In this document: piece after piece, positions 1 through 7,939 of the stretch
Layout of the letters: each line of letters begins with the position of its first letter
Position numbering within the stretch: position 1 is the stretch's first letter
Assembly: GCA_965203805.1 (NCBI GenBank)
Contig: OZ241917.1
Location: 2,816,001-2,880,000, forward strand
Direction of reading: 5' to 3'
Source of the DNA: Candidatus Latescibacterota bacterium
GTDB lineage: Bacteria > Latescibacterota > UBA2968 > GCA-2709665
Length of the DNA stretch: 64,000 bases
Translations under genes and position numbers: made by a program
Notes under the pieces: generated by a model
Database searches by the model: none
What the model was told of the DNA's origin: nothing
The model's input: only the letters and a program-made list of their open reading frames with translations

Positions 1-198
1 GCCACAATGACGGCATTCGGGTGCCAGGCGGGCGCGGGGCTGGACGTTCGGATGGGAGGGTCCGTTGTGATGAATGGTACCCTCGGATACAACCTGATGA
101 CGGACTTCTCAGAGGCTGTAGGCGGCCGGCGCAACTACAGCGGACTCGAATTCGGCCTGGGATTTGGCTGGCAATTCGGCGGGATCGCGGAAAACTGA
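1..198 (+). CDS. 3' end of a probable outer-membrane beta-barrel protein (partial)
   Basis: Alternating amphipathic strands ending LEFGLGFGWQFG; ORF runs off the window start. Confidence 0.5.
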   Translation, partial: ATMTAFGCQAGAGLDVRMGGSVVMNGTLGYNLMTDFSEAVGGRRNYSGLEFGLGFGWQFGGIAEN

Positions 199-220
199 GT
201 TCATTGTTGGTGGCATTTGA

Positions 221-1336
221 ATGAAAGAGGTCCTGATGGCGAATTACCGCGTGGCAATCATCGGCACGGGCCGGGTGGGATACCAGTTCAGTTTCGGGGA
301 CCTGCCGGACAACCACGCCGATGCGCTCCGGCAACATCCCGCCTGCGAACTGGTGGCGGGCGTGAACCGGGGCCGCGAAAAACTGGAGATCTTCGGGCGG
401 CGATACGGGATCGAGGCGCTTTACCACGACTACCGGCGGATGCTGGACGAAACGAAGCCGGACATCTGCATTGTGGCCACCCATCCGGAACTGCATTGCG
501 AGATGGTGGAGACATGCGCCGCGGCGTCCGCCACGAAGGCGATCATCTGCGAAAAGCCGATGGCCCTGTCGGTGGAAGAATGCGACCGGATGATCGAGGC
601 CTGCGACAACGCGGGCATCCTGCTGCAGATCAACCACAACCGGCGATGGTCTCCCGAATGGAACCTGGGACTGCAGTTGCTGCGTGACGGCGCGATCGGA
701 GAGCTGAACCACATCTACTGCTATATGGATGGCGGCAAGCCGGACCCGTCATGGCGAAGCGAGAACGAGGGTCCGTTTCTGCACGACTTTACCCATTACT
801 TCGACCTGATGGATATGTACGCCGGCGAGGTGGCCTGGCTGTGCGGGACGGCCGAGCAGCGGATGCGTCCCTGGGCCGTGGAGGATTTCGGCGCCGCGAT
901 CATGAAATTCAGGAACGGTACGACGGGTCTGGTCCACGGCGCCGAGTTGACTACCTATACGGACAACGCATTCGAGTTACGCGGGACCGAGGGCGTGATC
1001 CGTTTTCTCGGCGAACGAGTCCATCTGTACTGCGCGGTAGAGGACGACTACGAACCGGACAGCGGGTTTCAGTGGCATTCCCTGAAGCACACGCCCGTCG
1101 ACCATCCATCGCCCGCGTCGACCTACGTTCTGGCGCTGAACGAACTCGTCGATGCGCTGGAGGGCCGAGGGGAATTGCGGAGCGACGGACGGGTGGGGCT
1201 GCGATCATTGGAGATGGTTATGGCGATCTACCAGTCCCAGCTTACGGGCAATCGCCCCGTCCGGTTCCCGCTCGAGGCGCGCGGGTCGGGCGTGGCGGCC
1301 CTGCGGGATGCGGGACAGTTTGTAGATCGACAATGA
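221..1336 (+). CDS. Gfo/Idh/MocA family oxidoreductase
   Basis: Rossmann VAIIGTGRVG, CEKPMA motif, NHNRRW, HDFTHYFD; start may be ATG 236. Confidence 0.92.
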   Translation: MKEVLMANYRVAIIGTGRVGYQFSFGDLPDNHADALRQHPACELVAGVNRGREKLEIFGRRYGIEALYHDYRRMLDETKPDICIVATHPELHCEMVETCAAASATKAIICEKPMALSVEECDRMIEACDNAGILLQINHNRRWSPEWNLGLQLLRDGAIGELNHIYCYMDGGKPDPSWRSENEGPFLHDFTHYFDLMDMYAGEVAWLCGTAEQRMRPWAVEDFGAAIMKFRNGTTGLVHGAELTTYTDNAFELRGTEGVIRFLGERVHLYCAVEDDYEPDSGFQWHSLKHTPVDHPSPASTYVLALNELVDALEGRGELRSDGRVGLRSLEMVMAIYQSQLTGNRPVRFPLEARGSGVAALRDAGQFVDRQ

Positions 1337-1364
1337 GCGTTAGACGGCATTCGAAAGGATTGCG

Positions 1365-3200
1365 ATGGCGGAGTCCGAGGTGCGGGGATCGTGGATTGAG
1401 TACGATGTGATCGTCCGGCGGAACGTGATGGTGCCCATGCGGGACGGCGTTAAGCTGGCGACCGATCTGTATTTCCCGGCGAAGCACGGAGACATCGTTC
1501 AGGGCGCGTTTCCGGCGGTAATCGAGCGTACCCCATACGATAAGGAGTCGAAATTCAGCGAAGGGCGGTATCTCGCGCGGAGAGGGTACGTGGCCGTGCG
1601 GCAGGACGTCCGGGGACGTTTCGAATCGGAAGGCGTGTGGCATCCGTTCGCAAAGGAGGCGCCGGACGGGTACGATACCGTGGAATGGGTGGCCGCGCAG
1701 CCCTGGTGCGACGGGAACGTGGGTACCATGGGCGGGTCTTACTGTGGAAGCGACCAGAGCGCGCTGGCCACGCTGAATCCGCCCCACCTGAAGGCGATGG
1801 TTGTCGCGGTGGGTACGTCGAACTATCACACCAGTTCGATGCGGCAGAACGGCGCCCTGGAACTGCGGTTCATGATATACGCGTTCCGGATGGCGACAAC
1901 GAGCAAGGAGGCGCTCGCGGATGCGGCGCTGAAGGCCGCATTGGATGCGGATTTCGCAAGGGTCGGCGAATGGCTGACGCGGACGCCCTACAGGAAAGGG
2001 TCGTCCGCCCTGCGGTTTCTGCCCACCTATGAACAGTGGGTGCTGGATCTCCTGGGAGAAGGCGACTTCAACGACTATTGGAAGCAGCGGGGATACGCGA
2101 TCGACCACTACTACGACGAACACGCGGACGTGCCCACGATTTATCTGGGCGGGTGGTACGACTCCTACACCCGGGGAACCACGGCGAACTACGTGGCGCT
2201 TTCCAAACGGATGGAATCCCCGCAGCATCTGCTGATGGGTCCGTGGACCCACGGCGGATGGGGGAACTCCTTCGCGGGCGACGTGGATTTCGGGCAGGAT
2301 TCCGTCCTGGACGATTACGATGGCTACCGGCTGGGCTGGTTCGACAGGTGGCTGAAGGGGATCGAAAACGGCGTCGACCGCGAAAAGCCGGTACGGATAT
2401 TCGTGATGGGCGGCGGCGGCGGACGCAGAAACCGGGAGGGGCGACTATCCTATATGGGCGCCTGGCGCGACGTGGATGACTGGCCGCTGCCCGGGACGCG
2501 GTTCACGCCGTACTATCTGCAACCGGACGGCAAGATCGGAGAGGACATGCCGGAACCTTCCGAGCCGAGTCGTTACACGTTCGATCCCCGCGATCCGGTT
2601 CCCACGGTCGGCGGCAATCTGTCCGCCGGGGATCCAATTCTCGTTGCCGGTGCGTACGACCAGCGAGGCGATTCACGCTTTTACGGATGCAGGGACAGCC
2701 TGCCCTTGTCGGCCCGCGCCGACGTCCTGGTCTTCCAGACGCCAGAGTTAAAGGAACAGCTGGAAGCGACCGGGCCGTTGACCATGAAATTGTGGGCATC
2801 TTCCTCCGCGACGGATACGGACTTTACGGTCAAACTGATCGACGTGCATCCCCCTAACGAGGACTATCCCGACGGCTTCGCTCAGAATATAACGGACAGC
2901 ATCGTCAGGGGGCGTTATCGACGTTCGCGGGACAAACCCGAATTGATGGCGCCGGGCGAAATCTATGAACTGGAAATCGTCATGTATCCCACCTCAACCG
3001 TCTTCGGCGAGGGGCACCGGATCCGGCTTGACGTCTCCAGCAGTAATTTCCCCAGATTCGATATCAATCCGAATACGGGGGGCGCGTTGGGGCGGGATCG
3101 GCGGGTTGTTCCGGCGGAGAACGTGATTTATCACGACCCCGACCACCCCTCGCATATTGTCCTGCCCATTATCCCCGGGTGTCAACAGGCAGATGGGTGA
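1365..3200 (+). CDS. CocE/NonD family hydrolase (peptidase S15-like)
   Basis: VPMRDGVKLATD, RTPY, QDVRGRFESEG, GGSYCG nucleophile elbow, GWYD, GPWTH, SSSNFPRFD. Confidence 0.93.
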   Translation: MAESEVRGSWIEYDVIVRRNVMVPMRDGVKLATDLYFPAKHGDIVQGAFPAVIERTPYDKESKFSEGRYLARRGYVAVRQDVRGRFESEGVWHPFAKEAPDGYDTVEWVAAQPWCDGNVGTMGGSYCGSDQSALATLNPPHLKAMVVAVGTSNYHTSSMRQNGALELRFMIYAFRMATTSKEALADAALKAALDADFARVGEWLTRTPYRKGSSALRFLPTYEQWVLDLLGEGDFNDYWKQRGYAIDHYYDEHADVPTIYLGGWYDSYTRGTTANYVALSKRMESPQHLLMGPWTHGGWGNSFAGDVDFGQDSVLDDYDGYRLGWFDRWLKGIENGVDREKPVRIFVMGGGGGRRNREGRLSYMGAWRDVDDWPLPGTRFTPYYLQPDGKIGEDMPEPSEPSRYTFDPRDPVPTVGGNLSAGDPILVAGAYDQRGDSRFYGCRDSLPLSARADVLVFQTPELKEQLEATGPLTMKLWASSSATDTDFTVKLIDVHPPNEDYPDGFAQNITDSIVRGRYRRSRDKPELMAPGEIYELEIVMYPTSTVFGEGHRIRLDVSSSNFPRFDINPNTGGALGRDRRVVPAENVIYHDPDHPSHIVLPIIPGCQQADG

Positions 3201-4119
3201 CGATTCAGAGATCAGATACCGGGATCGAAGAACGGGACGGACGATAACAGAGCCGCAGTCGTACGCATTTTTTCAACGGGTATTCCAATCTTCGATCGTC
3301 CTTGGGCTTTTCCATCTGCTGCTGAATAATTCCGTATTTTGCCGGTTGTACGGATGGTTTCAGGCGCGCCACGGAAGTCGCCGGAAAATCTCCCGTTTCG
3401 TGCGGGACTACGGCATCGACGTGGAAGAGATCGAATATCCCCTGGATCGGTATCCGACCTTCAACGCGTTCTTCACCCGGCGGTTGAAACCCGAAGCCCG
3501 ACCGTTTGAACCGGAACCCGACGCGCTGTCCTGCCCCGCGGACGGGAAAGTCCTGGTCTATCAGCAACTCATCGACGGCGCCCGGATCCCTGTCAAGGGA
3601 GCCTCCGTTCCCCTGCAACGCCTGCTGGATTCCGAGGAGGATGCGCTTCCCTATCTGCACGGTTCGGCGCTGGTCGTGCGGCTTGCGCCCTACGACTATC
3701 ACCGGTTCCACTTTCCGGATTCGGGTACAGCCGCGCCGGCGCGCGTCACCCGCGGGCGGTATTATATCGTCAATCCGCTGGGCCTCGCGCGGGTGCCGGG
3801 CGTCTTCTGGCGGAACAAACGCGCGATTACGAGATTTGATTCGGACGGGTTCGGAAGGATCGCGTACCTGGAAATCGGCGGCTTTGCGGTGGGCAGCATC
3901 GTTGAGACGTACACACCGGGTCCGGTCGACCGGGGTCAGGAGAAGGGTTACTTTCAGTTCGGCGGGTCCACGCTTGTGCTGCTGTTCGAGCCGGGAAGGG
4001 TCGTCTTTGACGACGACCTGATGGAAGACTCCGGGCGCGGAATCGAAGTACACGTACAGGCGGGCGCGAGGATCGGCGGGCGATCTCAGGATCGAGAAAA
4101 CGGAACGCGTCAGCCCTGA
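3193..4119 (+). CDS. psd: Phosphatidylserine decarboxylase proenzyme
   Basis: FNAFFTRRLKP, PADGK, RLAPYDYHRFHFP, KGYFQFGGST self-cleavage motif; start moved to ATG 3193. Confidence 0.9.
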   Translation: MGDDSEIRYRDRRTGRTITEPQSYAFFQRVFQSSIVLGLFHLLLNNSVFCRLYGWFQARHGSRRKISRFVRDYGIDVEEIEYPLDRYPTFNAFFTRRLKPEARPFEPEPDALSCPADGKVLVYQQLIDGARIPVKGASVPLQRLLDSEEDALPYLHGSALVVRLAPYDYHRFHFPDSGTAAPARVTRGRYYIVNPLGLARVPGVFWRNKRAITRFDSDGFGRIAYLEIGGFAVGSIVETYTPGPVDRGQEKGYFQFGGSTLVLLFEPGRVVFDDDLMEDSGRGIEVHVQAGARIGGRSQDRENGTRQP

Positions 4120-4297
4120 GCCGCTCCCTGAGCTTGTCGAAGGGTCGGCGAATGGGTGGCGATTGGCCTATTACGGATTTGTGAAACGCGGGCATTTCGA
4201 CAAGCCGTTTCGACAGGCTCAACGCAAGCAATGACCACGTTTCATTGAGAAGGGATGAATCGGCCTGCCTGCAGCGCAGGGCACTGCGCAGGCAGGC
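4114..4297. repeat. Cluster of REP-like palindromic elements (CCCTGAGCTTGTCGAAGGG type and GCCTGCCTG...CAGGCAGGC type)
   Basis: 35-bp gcctgcctgcagcgcagggcactgcgcaggcaggc at 4263-4297 is identical to 54718-54752; the other motif recurs at ~21273-21330 and ~44700-44790. Confidence 0.75.
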
Positions 4298-4363
4298 GGG
4301 AGACTGGTGAGATAATTCTGGGACAGGACGCCAGATCGGGGCCATGTGCTTTTGCGCATGGCC

Positions 4364-6418
4364 TTATTCTTCTTCAGGCCCCAGACGGACGAATTCCCTC
4401 GGATTCGAGAGGTTCTGATACGTGGCATTGATCCACTGATGTGATCTGGCCGTCGTCGAGATTCGGACCTCATTGATTTCGCCCTGGAACGGCGCCCCGC
4501 CGCCCGCGAGCCGGCCGATGCTGGTCGGAGTCTGGCTGGACCGGACGGCGCCGGCTGCTTCGACCGAGTCCACGGGCGCGCCGTCAATATAGAGCGTCGT
4601 CCGTTCGCCGTCGTATACGCCCGACAGATGATGCCGGCCGGGGGTCAGCGTCCTGTTGGCGCGCACGCTCCGGGTGCCGTTTTCCGTATTGATGGTGAAG
4701 GTCGGACCCGGCAGCGAGGCGCAAAGCCCGCCGTTGTGCCCGCATTCGGCATATTTGAGCGCGAAAGAGGCCTCGTCCGCGGTATCGTAGCGCAACACCT
4801 TTCCATGGGGCGTGTATTCGCGGTCGTCGTTTTCATCCGGGTCTTCGCGCCACGGGGAGAAATACACGTAGCGTCCGTCGAACGCGCCGCCATTGAACCC
4901 GCCGGGATTCGGCGGATAGGTGAAGACGCCACCGTCGGCGGCATCCCACGCGGCCCTGTCGGTGAAATTCATGCAGGTGTTGTAGCGCAGGACGCGACAG
5001 TGGAATCCCCGCTGAGGCTCGTCGCCCTCGTAGAACGGAATGTAGTAGACGTACTGGCCGTCGAAGGCCGCGCCGTCGTAGCCTTTTGTGTGCAGGCCGG
5101 ACGTTCCGGCCGCGTTGTACGCCTCCCAGCTTTCCGGTTCCTTGAAGTCGCCGCGGGTATCGTATCTGACGGCGTTGCTGTGAGCGTAAGGGACGTAGTA
5201 GACATAGCGGCCGTCGAAAACGGCGCCCACGCACATTCCCATGCCGTGACTGCTGGCATCCAGCGCCTGCCATGCGGCCGGATCGTCGAACCCGCCGCGG
5301 GTATCGTGACGGAGCACGATGCCGCGGTCGTTGAGCGGCGAATAATAGACGTAACGTCCGTCGAAGGTGGCGCCGTCGTAGTTCTTCGACTCCAGTCCGT
5401 CGGTATTCCCGGCATCGTAAACCGCATAGCTCTCCGAATCCGTGAAACCGCCCCGCGTATCGAAACGGACGGCTTTTCCCGTTTCGCCGGAATCACCCTC
5501 ATATCCGGGCGACAGGTAGATATATCGACCGTCGTACGCGGCGCTCTGGCAGGCCATCGTCCTCCCGATGTCGTACGCCTTCCAGCTTCCGGGATCACGG
5601 AATGCCCCTTCCCGGTTATATCGCAGGATGCGGCTGTGCAGGTTCTCGCCATCGGTACGCGGGACAAAGTAGATGTGGTTCCCGGCGTGCACGACGCCGT
5701 AGTACCCCTTCGTGTTCAGGCCGTCCGTGCAGCCCGCGTCGTATCCTTCCCAGCTGGCGGGATCGTCGAACGCTCCCCAGGAGTCGTATCGCAGGACCTG
5801 GCCGTGACGGTCCTGCGATGCGTTGAGTTGCGGTGCGAAGTACACGTAGCGTCCGTCCGAGACGGCGCCGAAATAACCCCTGGTGTCCAGGCCGTCCGTG
5901 TTCCCGGCGTCGTAGGACTCGAACCGGTCCATTACCGGTCGCAGCGACCACCTGGACACCAGCACCTGAAAGGCGTCGGAATTCGACTGCTCGCTGTCGA
6001 TCCAGGCCTCCACGGTGAGGGCCCGGGCACCGTCGAGCGACTCGGTGCGCGCATCTGTGCTCTGGTGGCGGACCAGTTTGAAATGCGGGTCCCATACACT
6101 AGCCGGAGATGAAACCGGTCCTCCGCCATAACAAAGGTAGAGGCTTTGGGCCCCGGTAAAAGAAGGAATTCTGACCCGCGCCCCGAGAGCGCCGCTTTCG
6201 GGATCGTAGGACTCGATACGGTATGGCAGCGCATCGCCTCCGAGCGAGACAAAGTGGATGTCGCCGCCGTCGTCTCCACGAACACGCCCGCCGTTGTCGG
6301 CGGATTTGAGTCCATCGTCGCGCAGGACGACCAGAAGCGGGAAATCCTGAAGATTTCCGACGTCTCCGGCCGGGTTGATGGTGAGTTTTCTGCGGATGGG
6401 TTTGCCGGTCTCTTCCAT
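4364..6418 (-). CDS. DUF2341-like N-terminus + 7-repeat beta-propeller inserted in a LamG/concanavalin-like domain
   Basis: DFPLLVVL..DIHF..LPYRIESYD; seven (F/Y)DGRYVY-type repeats; LamG-like halves ALTVEAWI and HHLSGVYDG..LYIDG..FQGEINEVRIS; start after GGAGAGG. Confidence 0.7.
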   Translation of the reverse strand: MEETGKPIRRKLTINPAGDVGNLQDFPLLVVLRDDGLKSADNGGRVRGDDGGDIHFVSLGGDALPYRIESYDPESGALGARVRIPSFTGAQSLYLCYGGGPVSSPASVWDPHFKLVRHQSTDARTESLDGARALTVEAWIDSEQSNSDAFQVLVSRWSLRPVMDRFESYDAGNTDGLDTRGYFGAVSDGRYVYFAPQLNASQDRHGQVLRYDSWGAFDDPASWEGYDAGCTDGLNTKGYYGVVHAGNHIYFVPRTDGENLHSRILRYNREGAFRDPGSWKAYDIGRTMACQSAAYDGRYIYLSPGYEGDSGETGKAVRFDTRGGFTDSESYAVYDAGNTDGLESKNYDGATFDGRYVYYSPLNDRGIVLRHDTRGGFDDPAAWQALDASSHGMGMCVGAVFDGRYVYYVPYAHSNAVRYDTRGDFKEPESWEAYNAAGTSGLHTKGYDGAAFDGQYVYYIPFYEGDEPQRGFHCRVLRYNTCMNFTDRAAWDAADGGVFTYPPNPGGFNGGAFDGRYVYFSPWREDPDENDDREYTPHGKVLRYDTADEASFALKYAECGHNGGLCASLPGPTFTINTENGTRSVRANRTLTPGRHHLSGVYDGERTTLYIDGAPVDSVEAAGAVRSSQTPTSIGRLAGGGAPFQGEINEVRISTTARSHQWINATYQNLSNPREFVRLGPEEE

Positions 6419-6577
6419 TGTATCCTCTCCTGGTCGACGCTGAATCTGTGTTTTGCTCATCGAACGACGGTCCCTAGTCTGCCGGCCAGATCCACAGCCT
6501 GAATTTGGAGACCTGCAAGCTCTCGCAATCGAATCCCCGCGCTATAAAAACAACACATCAGGCATAAAAGTTCGCAC

Positions 6578-6946
6578 TTATAGATTCAGCGTATGACGGA
6601 GAGCCGCATCAACTTTGGCCATTGGAAGCGATCCAATGACGCGGTCAATTGCCGATTCCACAATTGTGGCAAGATTGTCAGCCATAACTACAGAATCTGT
6701 GAGTAGACCCGATTGTTGTCCTTCGGGGGTGGAAAGTAGAATGGCAACACGGCTCGAGTGATTGGCGCGAAACATCCTGCTGGTAATCATCGCCACGACC
6801 ACTTGGGATAAACCAGTCTGAAGATTATCAGATTGAACGATTAATCCCGGACGTGGCTTGGCTGTAAGCAAGTTAGAATCCGGAAAGAGCACTAAGACGA
6901 CGTCACCGCGACTATAGGTTGGATTTGGCTGCGTCATAGTTGTCAT
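6578..6946 (-). CDS. mazF: PemK/MazF family endoribonuclease toxin
   Basis: RGDVVLVLFP..KPRPGLIVQ..VVAMITS..GL..DS motifs. Confidence 0.88.
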   Translation of the reverse strand: MTTMTQPNPTYSRGDVVLVLFPDSNLLTAKPRPGLIVQSDNLQTGLSQVVVAMITSRMFRANHSSRVAILLSTPEGQQSGLLTDSVVMADNLATIVESAIDRVIGSLPMAKVDAALRHTLNL

Positions 6947-7172
6947 AAATACTCATTTCCGGGCTTTCCCAGTCTTCGGCAAAGGCCGTCAGGCGTTCGC
7001 GCAAATCTGCCGCCTGCGCCTTGTCAATACCGCGTCCTCGTAAATCGATAGAATGTGTTGGCAGAAATGTGACAATGACGGGCGTATCTTCATGTATATC
7101 GCTGGGTAATTCCGGAAGTTCAATCTTACCGCCGCGATACACTCCTTCAATCGTCGTGAGCATGGGGATCAC
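6912..7172 (-). CDS. Putative cognate antitoxin
   Basis: Small ORF overlapping the mazF start; N-terminal TIEGVYRGGKI, acidic C-terminus DWESPEMSIYD. Confidence 0.7.
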   Translation of the reverse strand: MIPMLTTIEGVYRGGKIELPELPSDIHEDTPVIVTFLPTHSIDLRGRGIDKAQAADLRERLTAFAEDWESPEMSIYDNYDAAKSNL

Positions 7173-7299
7173 TCCTTCTTAATCGATGGTCTGTCAACTG
7201 TTCATCCTTATTTCCCGGTGAACGGTTCTGGCCTGCGGCGAATTATTCACTGTTCCATGATTTTCGCACCAAGGTATTACGTTGGGAATCAACTTAGTA

Positions 7300-7923
7300 T
7301 CAAAACGCTTCGTTTGAAACCAACTTCTTGTAGAAATGCGCCTCCACAGTCTTCAGGCGTGACTGATAAATCGATTTTTCGGTTGGTCCGGTTGAATCAA
7401 ACACCCGAACAAAAAAGCGGCATTTTTTCGACTTAGACCTCTCAAACAAGTTGGATGTTGCCGAAAGAAAAGACGCTTCCGAGATGTCCTGATTCATCAC
7501 AATATTCTGCAATTTCAGTGCCCGCCGTTCCTCTCTCCGGTGAGGTAGGCCAGTCTCCCTAACGACCAGTCCCTTAGGGGTGAGATTTATGTCGAAAATG
7601 TACTCAATGGATTCATCGTCCCGAACCCAGCAGGACGGAACTTCGGTCCCTTTACCTGCTGATATGGGGCCCTCATGCTCCCGCGCTATCCGCAGAGCAT
7701 CCCTTACAGAATCGGGATCTGGCGAAAATCCGTGCTCTTGCGCGGCTTCCCGAAATTCTTCAAGCCGTTGCCTTGCCTCTTGGTTTTGCACAACCATCAA
7801 TTGGTTTTGCACAACCATCAATATGAGAAGAAACATCGCAAGAATAAAAATAGATGTGATCAGATCCGTAAAAGACGGCCATACATTGAGTGAGGTATCC
7901 CTACGAGTTCGTCTCTTATTCAT
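7300..7923 (-). CDS. MotB/ZorB-like single-TM protein with a non-OmpA C-terminal domain
   Basis: WPSFTDLITSIFILAMFLL (W-x-S-x-x-D-L TM motif with the conserved Asp); directly follows a MotA-like gene. Confidence 0.7.
   Translation of the reverse strand: MNKRRTRRDTSLNVWPSFTDLITSIFILAMFLLILMVVQNQLMVVQNQEARQRLEEFREAAQEHGFSPDPDSVRDALRIAREHEGPISAGKGTEVPSCWVRDDESIEYIFDINLTPKGLVVRETGLPHRREERRALKLQNIVMNQDISEASFLSATSNLFERSKSKKCRFFVRVFDSTGPTEKSIYQSRLKTVEAHFYKKLVSNEAF
7780..7821. repeat. Perfect 21-bp tandem duplication (LMVVQNQ x2)
   Basis: ttggttttgcacaaccatcaa at 7780-7800 and 7801-7821. Confidence 0.9.
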
Positions 7924-7939
7924 TGCCAGATACCTACCA

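Noticed and set aside
4628-6112. 494-aa plus-strand ORF
   Set aside because: Antisense shadow of the propeller gene; typical of GC-rich DNA, no motifs
7240-7250. gaattattcac, similar to the IS1380 left end, between mazEF and the operon
   Set aside because: Only a 10-bp match with no partner; likely chance
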